Source: Coriobacteriia bacterium (GTDB taxonomy: Bacteria > Actinomycetota > Coriobacteriia > WRKU01 > JAENWW01). From it: a stretch of DNA of 64,000 nt. The translations under genes were made by a program, and so were the position numbers. Under the pieces are notes generated by a model. It worked only from the letters and a program-made list of their open reading frames with translations, ran no database searches and was not told the DNA's origin. Positions 50,583 through 59,603 of the stretch are shown one piece after another (position 1 is the first letter of the stretch; each line of letters opens with the position of its first letter). Location of the stretch: assembly GCA_016649875.1 (NCBI GenBank), contig JAENWW010000005.1, positions 12,401 through 76,400 on the forward strand. Direction: 5' to 3'.

Positions 50583-50608
50583 TTATGCAACTTTTGGAGG
50601 CATTTTTT

Positions 50609-51700
50609 ATGGCTCACTATAACGTGACGCTTATTCCCGGTGATGGTATCGGTCCCGAAATAACCGATGCGATGCGTCGAGTCGTCGAGGCGACCGGTGT
50701 CGAGATAGAGTGGGATATCCAAAGTGCGGGCGCCACCGTCGTCGAAGAAGAGGGGACTCCGCTTCCTCGACGCGTCATCGATTCCATCAAACGGAATAAA
50801 GTCGCGATAAAAGGACCCGTCACCACGCCTGTCGGTACCGGCTTTCGCTCGATTAACGTCGCGCTCCGTAAAGAGCTCGACCTTTTCATAAGCCAGCGTC
50901 CTTCGCTCAGCATTCCCCATTCAGGCGCGCGCTATGATGATGTCGACATCGTGATTTTTCGTGAGAACACCGAAGATCTCTACGCCGGAATCGAATTCGA
51001 AATGGGGTCGAAAGGCGCGACCGAATTGCGTGCGATGCTTCGTTCGTTGGGTGCGGGAAAGATTGCCGAAGATGCCGGTATTTCCATAAAACCGATTTCT
51101 GTTCACGGATCGCGCCGAATTTTGGAGGCGGCATTCGAGTATGCGGTCGCCAACGGTCGTAAAAAAGTGACGGCGGTTCACAAAGCGAACATCATGAAGC
51201 ACTCGGATGGACTTTTTCTCTCGATTGCGCGCAAAGTCGCGGCCGAATACGCGGATAAAGGAATCGAGTTCAACGACATGATTGTGGATGCGACTTGTAT
51301 GAACCTCGTAATCGATCCTTCTCAGTTCGACGTTATCGTCACTATGAATCTTTACGGTGACATCCTTTCCGACCTCTGCGCCGGTTTGGTCGGCGGTCTC
51401 GGCATGGTTCCGGGGGCAAACATCGGCGCCGAAGAGGCGATATTCGAAGCGGTGCACGGAAGCGCTCCCGATATTGCCGGGCAAGGCATCGCCAATCCCA
51501 CGGCCATCTTTTTGACGAGCGCCATGATGCTCAATCATCTCGGAGAGCAGGAAGCGGCCGCAAGTATCACGAGAGCGGTGACTTCGGTCATCTCTGCGGG
51601 CGAGACGATTACCGGTGATTTGAAGAAAATAAGGACGGGAAGTATTCAAGGGGCTGCGACGACCGATGAATTCACCGATGCGGTCATAGCTCGGCTATAA
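50609..51700 (+). CDS. leuB: 3-isopropylmalate dehydrogenase (isocitrate/isopropylmalate DH family)
   Basis: IPGDGIGPEI, the NLYGDILSD motif and a GGAGG RBS. The ORF is open from 50585. Confidence 0.85.
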   Translation: MAHYNVTLIPGDGIGPEITDAMRRVVEATGVEIEWDIQSAGATVVEEEGTPLPRRVIDSIKRNKVAIKGPVTTPVGTGFRSINVALRKELDLFISQRPSLSIPHSGARYDDVDIVIFRENTEDLYAGIEFEMGSKGATELRAMLRSLGAGKIAEDAGISIKPISVHGSRRILEAAFEYAVANGRKKVTAVHKANIMKHSDGLFLSIARKVAAEYADKGIEFNDMIVDATCMNLVIDPSQFDVIVTMNLYGDILSDLCAGLVGGLGMVPGANIGAEEAIFEAVHGSAPDIAGQGIANPTAIFLTSAMMLNHLGEQEAAASITRAVTSVISAGETITGDLKKIRTGSIQGAATTDEFTDAVIARL

Positions 51701-51734
51701 TTGAGCAACCGGCACAACGGCTGATGGGACAGTT

Positions 51735-53171
51735 TTGAATAACGATAACGGGACACCGACCGCGCAGATTGCGAATTCCATGTCGAAGTGGTTTTTAGTC
51801 TGCACTTTCATCTGCATGGCGTTTATAACGCTCATGCCGAATAGAGATTTGTTCTTCATTCACAACGTTTGGCACATCAAAGTGTCGATATTCGTCGTAG
51901 ACATCCTTGCCGGCGGAGCGTTCATTTACTATCGATATCGCCGCCGAAATATGAGCGATGTTTCATTCAAAAGTCTCATAATGCAGTCGTGGCCCATTTT
52001 TTTCTTTGCAGCCGTTAACATCGGATATCTGTTCTGGGCTTATTTCCATGCGTCGGCCGCACCTTTCGGAAGAGTGGGCAACTCTAAATATTGGGGCAAT
52101 TATCTGATTACCCTCGTCGCTCTTCCCGCATCGTTTACTCTCGGCTATCTCAATAGAAAGAACGGAGAGAAGTATGTTCCTCTCTTTCTTTTCATCGTCA
52201 CGGCAGTTTCTCTCGCCGCCGGATTATTCCAGGCGGCGGCGGCGATGGGATATCCGAATATGGTGGCCGATGGCATACGCGCCATGAACAAACTGACCTC
52301 CTCTGCGATTGGGGTGTGGAACCCGGGACCATCCGAACCTTTCAGGGCCACGGGACTCGAAACGTATCCCGGATATTACGCATTTCCGATGATTTTCATC
52401 GTCGCATGGACTCTATCTGCAAAAAAAGCGCAACGTTTTAGAGTCACCGTCTTTCTCATGGCTTCTGCCGTCATACTTATCAGCGGATCGCGTGCTGCGC
52501 TGGTCGGCTATCTGGTTGTGTTGATTGCACGAGGATTTCAGGGGATCAAATCGGGAAAAGAGGGGCACGGCCTCAGAAACCGAAGAGCGTTGATCGCGCT
52601 TGTCTCCCTAGCGGCGGTGGTGCTCTCTATCGGGATAGGGTATATGACGATAAACAATTTGGGACCATTTGCCCGACCCGAGGTTCCCCAATCCGAAATC
52701 AAAAATGTGCTGGCCGGTGGGAAGAGCAGTGAGAATGCCGCCTCGTCTATTTTATCGACGTTGTCGAGCGGGCGCACTGACCTGTGGGCGCAAATAATAC
52801 CCCTTATCGCTCAACATCCGCTCGGGTCCGGCTACCAAATCGCGGTGGTTCTCAACCGAGCTCACGCCCATAATGATTTTCTCAATCTATGGTTTTGGGG
52901 AGGACCGTTTCTCGTCATTCCCTGGATTATCGTACTTGTATGGTTGTACGGTTTTACGAAAAAGACGAGCGCACCGCGCTTGGGTGGTTTGATAGTTTTC
53001 GGGACGCTCGGGGCGGGTATGTTCGACGTGTTTTTCGCCGGCGCCCCCGTTATGGCTCTCGCGCTTTTCCTCCTCGGCATGATGGTGATACCCAAAGTCG
53101 GAACGGAAGAGCGTTCGACTGAGATTTCTTCGCAGGTACCGTTCGATTCGATTCCTAAGGAACGTTCATGA
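51735..53171 (+). CDS. O-antigen ligase / Wzy_C-family polytopic membrane protein
   Basis: More than 10 TM helices and the Wzy_C-like loop NRAHAHNDFLN. The start is uncertain: a TTG at 51735 or an ATG at 51780. Confidence 0.65.
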   Translation: MNNDNGTPTAQIANSMSKWFLVCTFICMAFITLMPNRDLFFIHNVWHIKVSIFVVDILAGGAFIYYRYRRRNMSDVSFKSLIMQSWPIFFFAAVNIGYLFWAYFHASAAPFGRVGNSKYWGNYLITLVALPASFTLGYLNRKNGEKYVPLFLFIVTAVSLAAGLFQAAAAMGYPNMVADGIRAMNKLTSSAIGVWNPGPSEPFRATGLETYPGYYAFPMIFIVAWTLSAKKAQRFRVTVFLMASAVILISGSRAALVGYLVVLIARGFQGIKSGKEGHGLRNRRALIALVSLAAVVLSIGIGYMTINNLGPFARPEVPQSEIKNVLAGGKSSENAASSILSTLSSGRTDLWAQIIPLIAQHPLGSGYQIAVVLNRAHAHNDFLNLWFWGGPFLVIPWIIVLVWLYGFTKKTSAPRLGGLIVFGTLGAGMFDVFFAGAPVMALALFLLGMMVIPKVGTEERSTEISSQVPFDSIPKERS

Positions 53172-54463
53172 GACTGGAAGATAAGTTAAAAAACGGAACT
53201 GCCGTCTTCGGTGTCGTCGGTTTGGGCTATGTCGGGTTGCCTCTCGCCGTCGAGATGGGGAAGGCTGGGAATAACGTCATCGGTTTTGAAGTCTCGGCCG
53301 AAAAAGCGAATTCGGTGAATGCCGGAGAGAGCTATATCCCCGATGTTTCGACAGACGAACTTGCTGATTTGGTGAAGCGCGGTATTTTGCGTGCAACGAC
53401 CGACTTTTCGCAGGCGTCTGAGTGCGATGCCATAGCTATCTGCGTACCGACGCCTCTCGACAAGATGCGCGACCCCGACGTGAGCTTCATGGTGAGCGCT
53501 GCAAGAGAAATCGCACCCCACATCACGGCAGACACTCTTGTCACCTTGGAGTCGACGACCTATCCGGGCACCACCGAAGAGATTTTGAAGCCGATCATCG
53601 AATCGACGGGGTTGAAAGTCGGCGAAAGTGTGTTTCTCGCATTTTCTCCCGAACGCATCGATCCCGGCAATCCGGTTTACCAAACGAAGAACACGCCCAA
53701 GGTCGTCGGGGGTTGTACTCCCAAGTGCACGAAATTGGCCGTCATGTTCTATGAACGATTTTTGACCACGATCGTCCCGGTGAGTTCATCTCAGGCGGCC
53801 GAGATGACGAAACTTCTCGAAAATATTTTCCGCTGTGTGAACATCGCTTTGGTTAACGAACTCGCGCAACTCGCGAATCGTATGAACATCGATATTTGGG
53901 AAGTCATCGATGCGGCGAAAACCAAGCCTTTCGGATTCATGCCGTTTTATCCAGGCCCCGGTCTGGGCGGACACTGTATTCCCGTCGATCCGTTTTATTT
54001 GAGCTGGAAAGCGCGTGAGTTCGACTTTCAGACCGAATTCATCGATCTTGCCGGTAAAGTAAACGAGGATATGCCGTACTTCGTCGTCGAGCGACTCATG
54101 AATGCGCTCAATGCGCATCGCAAGCCACTCGCAGGTTCACGCGTGCTGGTTCTTGGAGTCGCCTATAAAAGCAATGTCGGCGATATGCGTGAGAGTCCCG
54201 CCACCAAAGTCATCGACTTGATGGCCGCAAAAGAGGCTGAAATCGTCTACCATGATCCTTTCGTCGATTCGTATAACTACGACGGGCTCGAAATCGAGAG
54301 AGTCGAGCTGACGGCGGAGGAAATCGAGGCGGCCGATGTCGTTTTGGTTTTGACGGCGCATAGAAACGTCGATTATGCGCTCGTGGCACGACACGCGAAG
54401 CTCGTGTTCGACACCAGAAACGTGATGGGATCGTACGATTCGCCCAACGTCATTCTGCTTTGA
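53168..54463 (+). CDS. Nucleotide-sugar dehydrogenase (UDP-GlcNAc/ManNAc 6-dehydrogenase-like)
   Basis: Rossmann motif GLGYVGLP and the catalytic Cys in GGHCIP. ATGA overlap with the upstream gene. Confidence 0.85.
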   Translation: MRLEDKLKNGTAVFGVVGLGYVGLPLAVEMGKAGNNVIGFEVSAEKANSVNAGESYIPDVSTDELADLVKRGILRATTDFSQASECDAIAICVPTPLDKMRDPDVSFMVSAAREIAPHITADTLVTLESTTYPGTTEEILKPIIESTGLKVGESVFLAFSPERIDPGNPVYQTKNTPKVVGGCTPKCTKLAVMFYERFLTTIVPVSSSQAAEMTKLLENIFRCVNIALVNELAQLANRMNIDIWEVIDAAKTKPFGFMPFYPGPGLGGHCIPVDPFYLSWKAREFDFQTEFIDLAGKVNEDMPYFVVERLMNALNAHRKPLAGSRVLVLGVAYKSNVGDMRESPATKVIDLMAAKEAEIVYHDPFVDSYNYDGLEIERVELTAEEIEAADVVLVLTAHRNVDYALVARHAKLVFDTRNVMGSYDSPNVILL

Positions 54464-54931
54464 TTTTCTTCTCTGTCGTATCGGTGTCGAAAATCGGTCG
54501 GGTTGTGTTGAAAATAAAATAAGTGTTACACTGAAAATCCGCGCGAGCGTCTGTGGAATCGCAGGCATCGCGGCGGTATTTACAATTGAAAAGTAAGGCT
54601 ATGACGAAGAAAGTAGAGGCCATCTGCGCCCCCAGAGAATCGGGATATCAGCTGGAAGCCCGATGCACAGACGTCTTGAAACACCACTTCACCAGCCACC
54701 TGGAACAAAGTTTTGTCAGTGCATGGATGACCTCCGAGCACTGATGCAGACCGTTAAGCCGGGTCGGTGGCAACCGTTATCTGCCGTATCGGTATGTCGA
54801 TATACACCAATTTCTCGGTGGCTTTGAAGATTGCGTGACGCCTTCTTCGCGCCTCTCTTCCAGGTACGGTGGGCTTTTCTCTTTCATACCATGCGGCTAA
54901 CTTGCTCATCACCTGGCAGAAAAGGTGCGAG
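54464..54931 (+). promoter_or_regulatory. Long 5' leader upstream of ilvBNC. It may hold a leader-peptide attenuator or another RNA element.
   Basis: About 470 nt with no convincing CDS. A tiny ORF (GTG..MSKIGRVVLKIK) is rich in I, V and L. Several GC hairpins are present. I did not find the T-box consensus. Confidence 0.3.
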
Positions 54932-56776
54932 ATGGACAGGATTGGCAAGCGCATGGATTCAAACAGTCGGCATGTTTCCGACAAAAAAAGCAAGACGGAT
55001 AAGACTCACAAGACGAAATCGCTTAGGCTCACGGGAGCTCGTGCTTTCGTGGAGTGTCTGCGCGAGCAGGGTGTCGAACAGATTTTCGGCTACCCGGGCG
55101 CAGTGGCTTTACCGCTCTTCGATGAACTCTACGATGCCTCCGACATAAAGGTGCTTCTTCCGCGCCATGAGGCGGCCGCCGTGCACATGGCGGACGGTTA
55201 TGCCCGTTCCACCGGTAAAGTCGGTGTCGTGCTTGTCACGAGTGGACCGGGTGCTACCAATACCGTAACCGGAATCGCCAATGCGTACATGGACTCCGTT
55301 CCCGTCGTCGTGTTCACCGCGCAGGTTGCCACATCGGTGCTCGGAACCGATGCATTCCAAGAAGCCGATATAACCGGCATAACGCTTCCCATCACCAAGC
55401 ATAGCTATCTTGTCAAGTCGGGCGAGGAACTCTGCGCCGCCATTTCAGAAGGCTTCCATATCGCTTCGACGGGGCGTCCAGGTCCGGTCGTCATCGACAT
55501 ACCGGTCGATGTCGCGCAGGCGGTGTTCGATTTTGTACCGAGTGATCGCGTTCAAGTTCCCGGTTACAAGCCGACCACACGCGGTAATGCCAAGCAGATT
55601 TTGCAGGCGGCAAACGCCCTGAAAAAGCATGCCCGTCCGGTTCTTTACGTCGGTGGTGGCGTTGTCTCCGCAGGGGCATCCGCCGAGCTCAAAGAGCTTG
55701 CCGAGTCGATGGAGATTCCTGTTGCCACCACACTGATGGCACGCGGTGTGTTTCCCGAAGACCACCATTTGTGGATCGGTATGCCGGGGATGCACGGCGC
55801 GAAGTACACCAATTACGCAATGACTGAAGCCGATCTCATCATCGCCGTCGGAGTTCGTTTCGACGATCGCATCACCGGAAAAGTATCCGAGTTCGCAAAG
55901 AACGCCTTCATCATCCATATCGATATCGATCCGGCTGAAATCGGTAAAATCAAGGCCGTCGATGTTCCCATCGTCGGAGATGCGCGCGATATTTTGGGGA
56001 GGATCGTCGAGATCCTCGAAAAAGAAGAAGCTCAGCCGATGTCGCACACATGGCTCGAACAAATCGACGAGTGGCGAGATGAGAACCCCTTCGAATACGA
56101 TGAAGCGGCGGCGAAGAAAAAAGTCCTCCCCGAAGTCATCATCGAACATGTCATGAAGTTCACGCAAGAGCGTGACACGATCTATGCGACCGAAGTCGGT
56201 CAAAATCAAATGTGGGCCGCACAATATGCGCATCCGCGCGGCGCACGCACGTGGATTACCAGTGGGGGGCTCGGGGCCATGGGATTCGGTTTTCCGGCAA
56301 GTATCGGCGCCCAAATCGGTAATCCGAACGCGCTCGTCGTTTGTTTCGCGGGCGACGGTTCCCTTCAAATGAATATTCAAGAGCTTGCAACGGTATCGAG
56401 CAATAATATCCCGGTGAAGATCATCGTTTTGAACAACGGCGCGCTCGGCATGGTGCGTCAATGGCAGGGGCTCTTTTATAACGAGCGTTTCGCCCTTTCC
56501 ACTCTTCCACTCGATTGTCCCGATTTCGTAGTGCTCGCCCAAGCCTACGGCATACAGGGTCTGCGCATCGACAAGCCTTCGCAGATCGATTCCGTTTTGG
56601 CGAAAGCGTTCGAACACGACGGTCCCGTGCTGGTCGACTGTCGTATTCCCGCCGATGAGATGGTGTTTCCCATGGTCGCGCCCGGTGCCTCCATCGCCCA
56701 AATGCTCGGAGGAGTTCCCGGAGAGGGCATACATACGATGATCGATGCGCACGCGTCACGCAAGGAGGCCAAATAA
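54932..56776 (+). CDS. ilvB: Acetolactate synthase large subunit. The start is uncertain: 54932 or 54953. The ORF is open from 54869.
   Basis: ThDP motif GDGS...NN and LTGARAFVECLREQGVEQIFGYPG. AAAGGTG RBS before 54932. Confidence 0.85.
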   Translation: MDRIGKRMDSNSRHVSDKKSKTDKTHKTKSLRLTGARAFVECLREQGVEQIFGYPGAVALPLFDELYDASDIKVLLPRHEAAAVHMADGYARSTGKVGVVLVTSGPGATNTVTGIANAYMDSVPVVVFTAQVATSVLGTDAFQEADITGITLPITKHSYLVKSGEELCAAISEGFHIASTGRPGPVVIDIPVDVAQAVFDFVPSDRVQVPGYKPTTRGNAKQILQAANALKKHARPVLYVGGGVVSAGASAELKELAESMEIPVATTLMARGVFPEDHHLWIGMPGMHGAKYTNYAMTEADLIIAVGVRFDDRITGKVSEFAKNAFIIHIDIDPAEIGKIKAVDVPIVGDARDILGRIVEILEKEEAQPMSHTWLEQIDEWRDENPFEYDEAAAKKKVLPEVIIEHVMKFTQERDTIYATEVGQNQMWAAQYAHPRGARTWITSGGLGAMGFGFPASIGAQIGNPNALVVCFAGDGSLQMNIQELATVSSNNIPVKIIVLNNGALGMVRQWQGLFYNERFALSTLPLDCPDFVVLAQAYGIQGLRIDKPSQIDSVLAKAFEHDGPVLVDCRIPADEMVFPMVAPGASIAQMLGGVPGEGIHTMIDAHASRKEAK

Positions 56777-57261
56777 TGCAGCATACCATTTCGGTTCTCG
56801 TCGAGAACAAACCAGGTGTCTTGACGCGGGTGACTTCTCTTTTCGCGCGTCGTGGATTCAACATCGATTCCCTGGCGGTGGGGGAGACCGAAGACCCCAG
56901 TATTTCTCGCATCACCGTCGTGACGGGCGCCGAGTCGGTCCCCCTCGAGCAAATCACCAAGCAGGTGTACAAACTGATCAACGTCATCAAGGTGACCACT
57001 CTCACGCCGCATGATTCGATTTCGCGCGAGCTCGCGATGTTCAAAGTCATTTGTCCTCCCGAGCGCAGGCATGAAGTGTTTGCAATCGTGAATGTTTTCG
57101 AGGCGAAGGTCGTCGATGTCTCAAAGGACTCGGTTATGGTCGAGGCGACCGGGACCACAGACAAGCTCGAATCGCTCGAAGATATTTTCAAGGGTTACGG
57201 AATAAAAGAGATGGCGCGGACCGGCGTCATCGCACTCAGTCGTGGTTCCAAGGAGAAATAA
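56776..57261 (+). CDS. ilvN: Acetolactate synthase small (regulatory) subunit
   Basis: ACT-domain N-terminus HTISVLVENKPGVLTRV. TAATG overlap with ilvB. Confidence 0.85.
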   Translation: MQHTISVLVENKPGVLTRVTSLFARRGFNIDSLAVGETEDPSISRITVVTGAESVPLEQITKQVYKLINVIKVTTLTPHDSISRELAMFKVICPPERRHEVFAIVNVFEAKVVDVSKDSVMVEATGTTDKLESLEDIFKGYGIKEMARTGVIALSRGSKEK

Positions 57262-57273
57262 GGGTGCGCGAAT

Positions 57274-58365
57274 ATGACAGACGATATGCAAACCGAGAGG
57301 AAGACGGATGCTGTCCGTGAACCGGCTCACATTTACAAAGAGCAGGATTGTAACCCGGAGATTATCGCGAACAGTGTGGTGTCCATCATCGGATACGGAG
57401 CACAGGGCCATGCACAGGCGCTCAATCTTAAGGATTCGGGAGTGCACGTCATCGTGGGTCTTCGCCCGGGCAGTCCCAACCGGAAAGTCGCACAAGATGC
57501 GGGGTTCGAGGTGGCAGACATCGACGAGGCCACGAAAAAAGGCGACCTCATCATGATGCTCATCCCCGACGAGGTACAGGCGGAAACATATCGCGAGCAC
57601 ATCGAGCCGTATATGACTTCGGACAAAACACTCGCATTCGCGCACGGGTTCAATATTCTCTTCGAGAAAATCAAGCCGTCGCCCGATATCGATGTCATCT
57701 TGATCGCCCCGAAGGGGCAGGGGCACATGCTGCGCCGAATGTTTTCAATCGGCTCGGGAGTACCTGGCCTCGTCGGTGTCGCCCAAGACGTGTCCGGCCG
57801 CGCATGGGATAGGGCGTTCAGCTATGCCCAGGCAATCGGGTGCGCGCGTATGGGGATTTTAAAGACGACGTTTGCCGAGGAAGCGACATGCGACCTCTTC
57901 GGCGAACAAGCGGTTCTATGCGGAGGAGCGATGGAGCTCATGCGCGCCGGATTCCAGACGCTCGTCGATGCCGGTTATCAGCCGGAAATCGCTTATTTCG
58001 AGTGCATCCATGAGATGAAACTCATCGTCGACCTGGTCTACGAGAACGGGTTCGGCGACATGTTCAAAGTCATATCCAACACCGCCGAGTTCGGCGGTTA
58101 CCGCACGGGAAAAACCATCGTCACCGATCAAACGCGCGCCGCCATGAGGGCGTGCCTGAAAGATATCGAAGACGGCACATTTGCCTCCGCATGGATGAAC
58201 GAGTGCACAACGCCGCAGGGGAAAACCGACTTCACCGCCGAGCGTGCGGCGCATGCGGAAGGTCTCGAGGAAATCGTCGGCAAACGATTGCGCTCCGCAT
58301 TCACTCCTTGCGAAAAAGTAACGATCCGACCACAAGAGCCGCAAGATGAAAGGGAACAGAAATGA
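57274..58365 (+). CDS. ilvC: Ketol-acid reductoisomerase
   Basis: GYGAQGHAQALNL Rossmann motif and KARI domains. Confidence 0.9.
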   Translation: MTDDMQTERKTDAVREPAHIYKEQDCNPEIIANSVVSIIGYGAQGHAQALNLKDSGVHVIVGLRPGSPNRKVAQDAGFEVADIDEATKKGDLIMMLIPDEVQAETYREHIEPYMTSDKTLAFAHGFNILFEKIKPSPDIDVILIAPKGQGHMLRRMFSIGSGVPGLVGVAQDVSGRAWDRAFSYAQAIGCARMGILKTTFAEEATCDLFGEQAVLCGGAMELMRAGFQTLVDAGYQPEIAYFECIHEMKLIVDLVYENGFGDMFKVISNTAEFGGYRTGKTIVTDQTRAAMRACLKDIEDGTFASAWMNECTTPQGKTDFTAERAAHAEGLEEIVGKRLRSAFTPCEKVTIRPQEPQDEREQK

Positions 58366-59528
58366 GCATGCAAAAGAAATATCTGATGACACCGGGACCG
58401 ACCCCGGTACCCGCCGAAGTGCTGCTGAAAATGGCATCTCCGATGATTCACCATCGCACTCCTGACTTCTCGGCGGCGTTTCGCGCGAGTATCGAAGGCC
58501 TCAAGTACGTGTTCGATACCGAGAGAAGCGATGTGATGCTGTTCGCCTCGTCGGGGACCGGTGCGATGGAATCGGCTATCGTCAACACGCTTTCTGCAGG
58601 CGATACCGTCATCATCGCGCGCAACGGCAAGTTCGGCGATCGCCAAAAGCAAATTTGCCAAGCATACGGTGTGAAGGTCGAAGATCTCGAGTACGAGTGG
58701 ACGCAGACGGTCAAGCCTGCCGATATCGAGGCGAAACTGGCAGCGCTCGCAGCCGAAGGCATCACGCCTGCCGCGGTAATCGTGACGCAATCGGAAACCT
58801 CCACAGGCGTGCTCAACGACGTTAAGGCGATCGGCGCGATTGTCAAAAACTACCCCGACACCATACTTATCGTCGACTCCATCACCGGTATCGGGGCCGT
58901 CGAGTGTAAGACCGACGAGTGGGGTCTGGATGTGGTCATGACCGGTTCGCAAAAGGGGCTCATGCTCCCACCGGGTCTTGCCGCGCTCACCGTCTCTCCG
59001 AAAGCGTGGAAGGCCTACGAACGCTCGACGTTGCCGAAATTCTACTTCGATTGGATGAAGTATAAAAAGAGCGTCGACAAGGACACCACACCGTTTACTC
59101 CTGCGGTTTCTCTCGTGCTCGGGCTCAACGTGGCGCTTGCGATGATTCGCGAGGAAGGCCTCGAAAACACCATCGCGCGTCACTCACGCTTGGCCGAGGC
59201 GACCAGAAAAGGGTGCGAGGCGTTAGGACTTGAAATTTTCGCACCTGAAGACGGGCGCAGTAGTGCGGTGACTCCCGTATGGGTTCCCGAGGGTATCGAC
59301 GGCAAGCAAATCGTCAGCGTGCTCAAGAATCGCTACGGTGTGACGATCGCCGGTGGACAAGATCACCTCGTCGGGAAAATCATCCGTATAGGACACCTCG
59401 GGTATTTCGGGGAGTTCGATATCATCACAACGCTGTCGGCCCTTGAAATGACACTTGCCTCACTCGGCTACGAATTCGAGCGCGGCTCAGGGATCAAGGC
59501 AGCTGAAGAAGTGTTCATGGCCGAGTAA
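58362..59528 (+). CDS. Class V aminotransferase (alanine-glyoxylate / serine-pyruvate aminotransferase family). From context, probably a phosphoserine aminotransferase.
   Basis: Fold-type I PLP motifs with the lysine in TGSQKGL. ATGA overlap with ilvC. It lies immediately upstream of serA. Confidence 0.85.
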   Translation: MSMQKKYLMTPGPTPVPAEVLLKMASPMIHHRTPDFSAAFRASIEGLKYVFDTERSDVMLFASSGTGAMESAIVNTLSAGDTVIIARNGKFGDRQKQICQAYGVKVEDLEYEWTQTVKPADIEAKLAALAAEGITPAAVIVTQSETSTGVLNDVKAIGAIVKNYPDTILIVDSITGIGAVECKTDEWGLDVVMTGSQKGLMLPPGLAALTVSPKAWKAYERSTLPKFYFDWMKYKKSVDKDTTPFTPAVSLVLGLNVALAMIREEGLENTIARHSRLAEATRKGCEALGLEIFAPEDGRSSAVTPVWVPEGIDGKQIVSVLKNRYGVTIAGGQDHLVGKIIRIGHLGYFGEFDIITTLSALEMTLASLGYEFERGSGIKAAEEVFMAE

Positions 59529-59603
59529 GGGCGACTCCAGGCGTTGCGTGCGTGTCGGAGAAGGTAAGTTCATCAATCACCTGTTTTATGGATGGAGAAC
59601 ACA

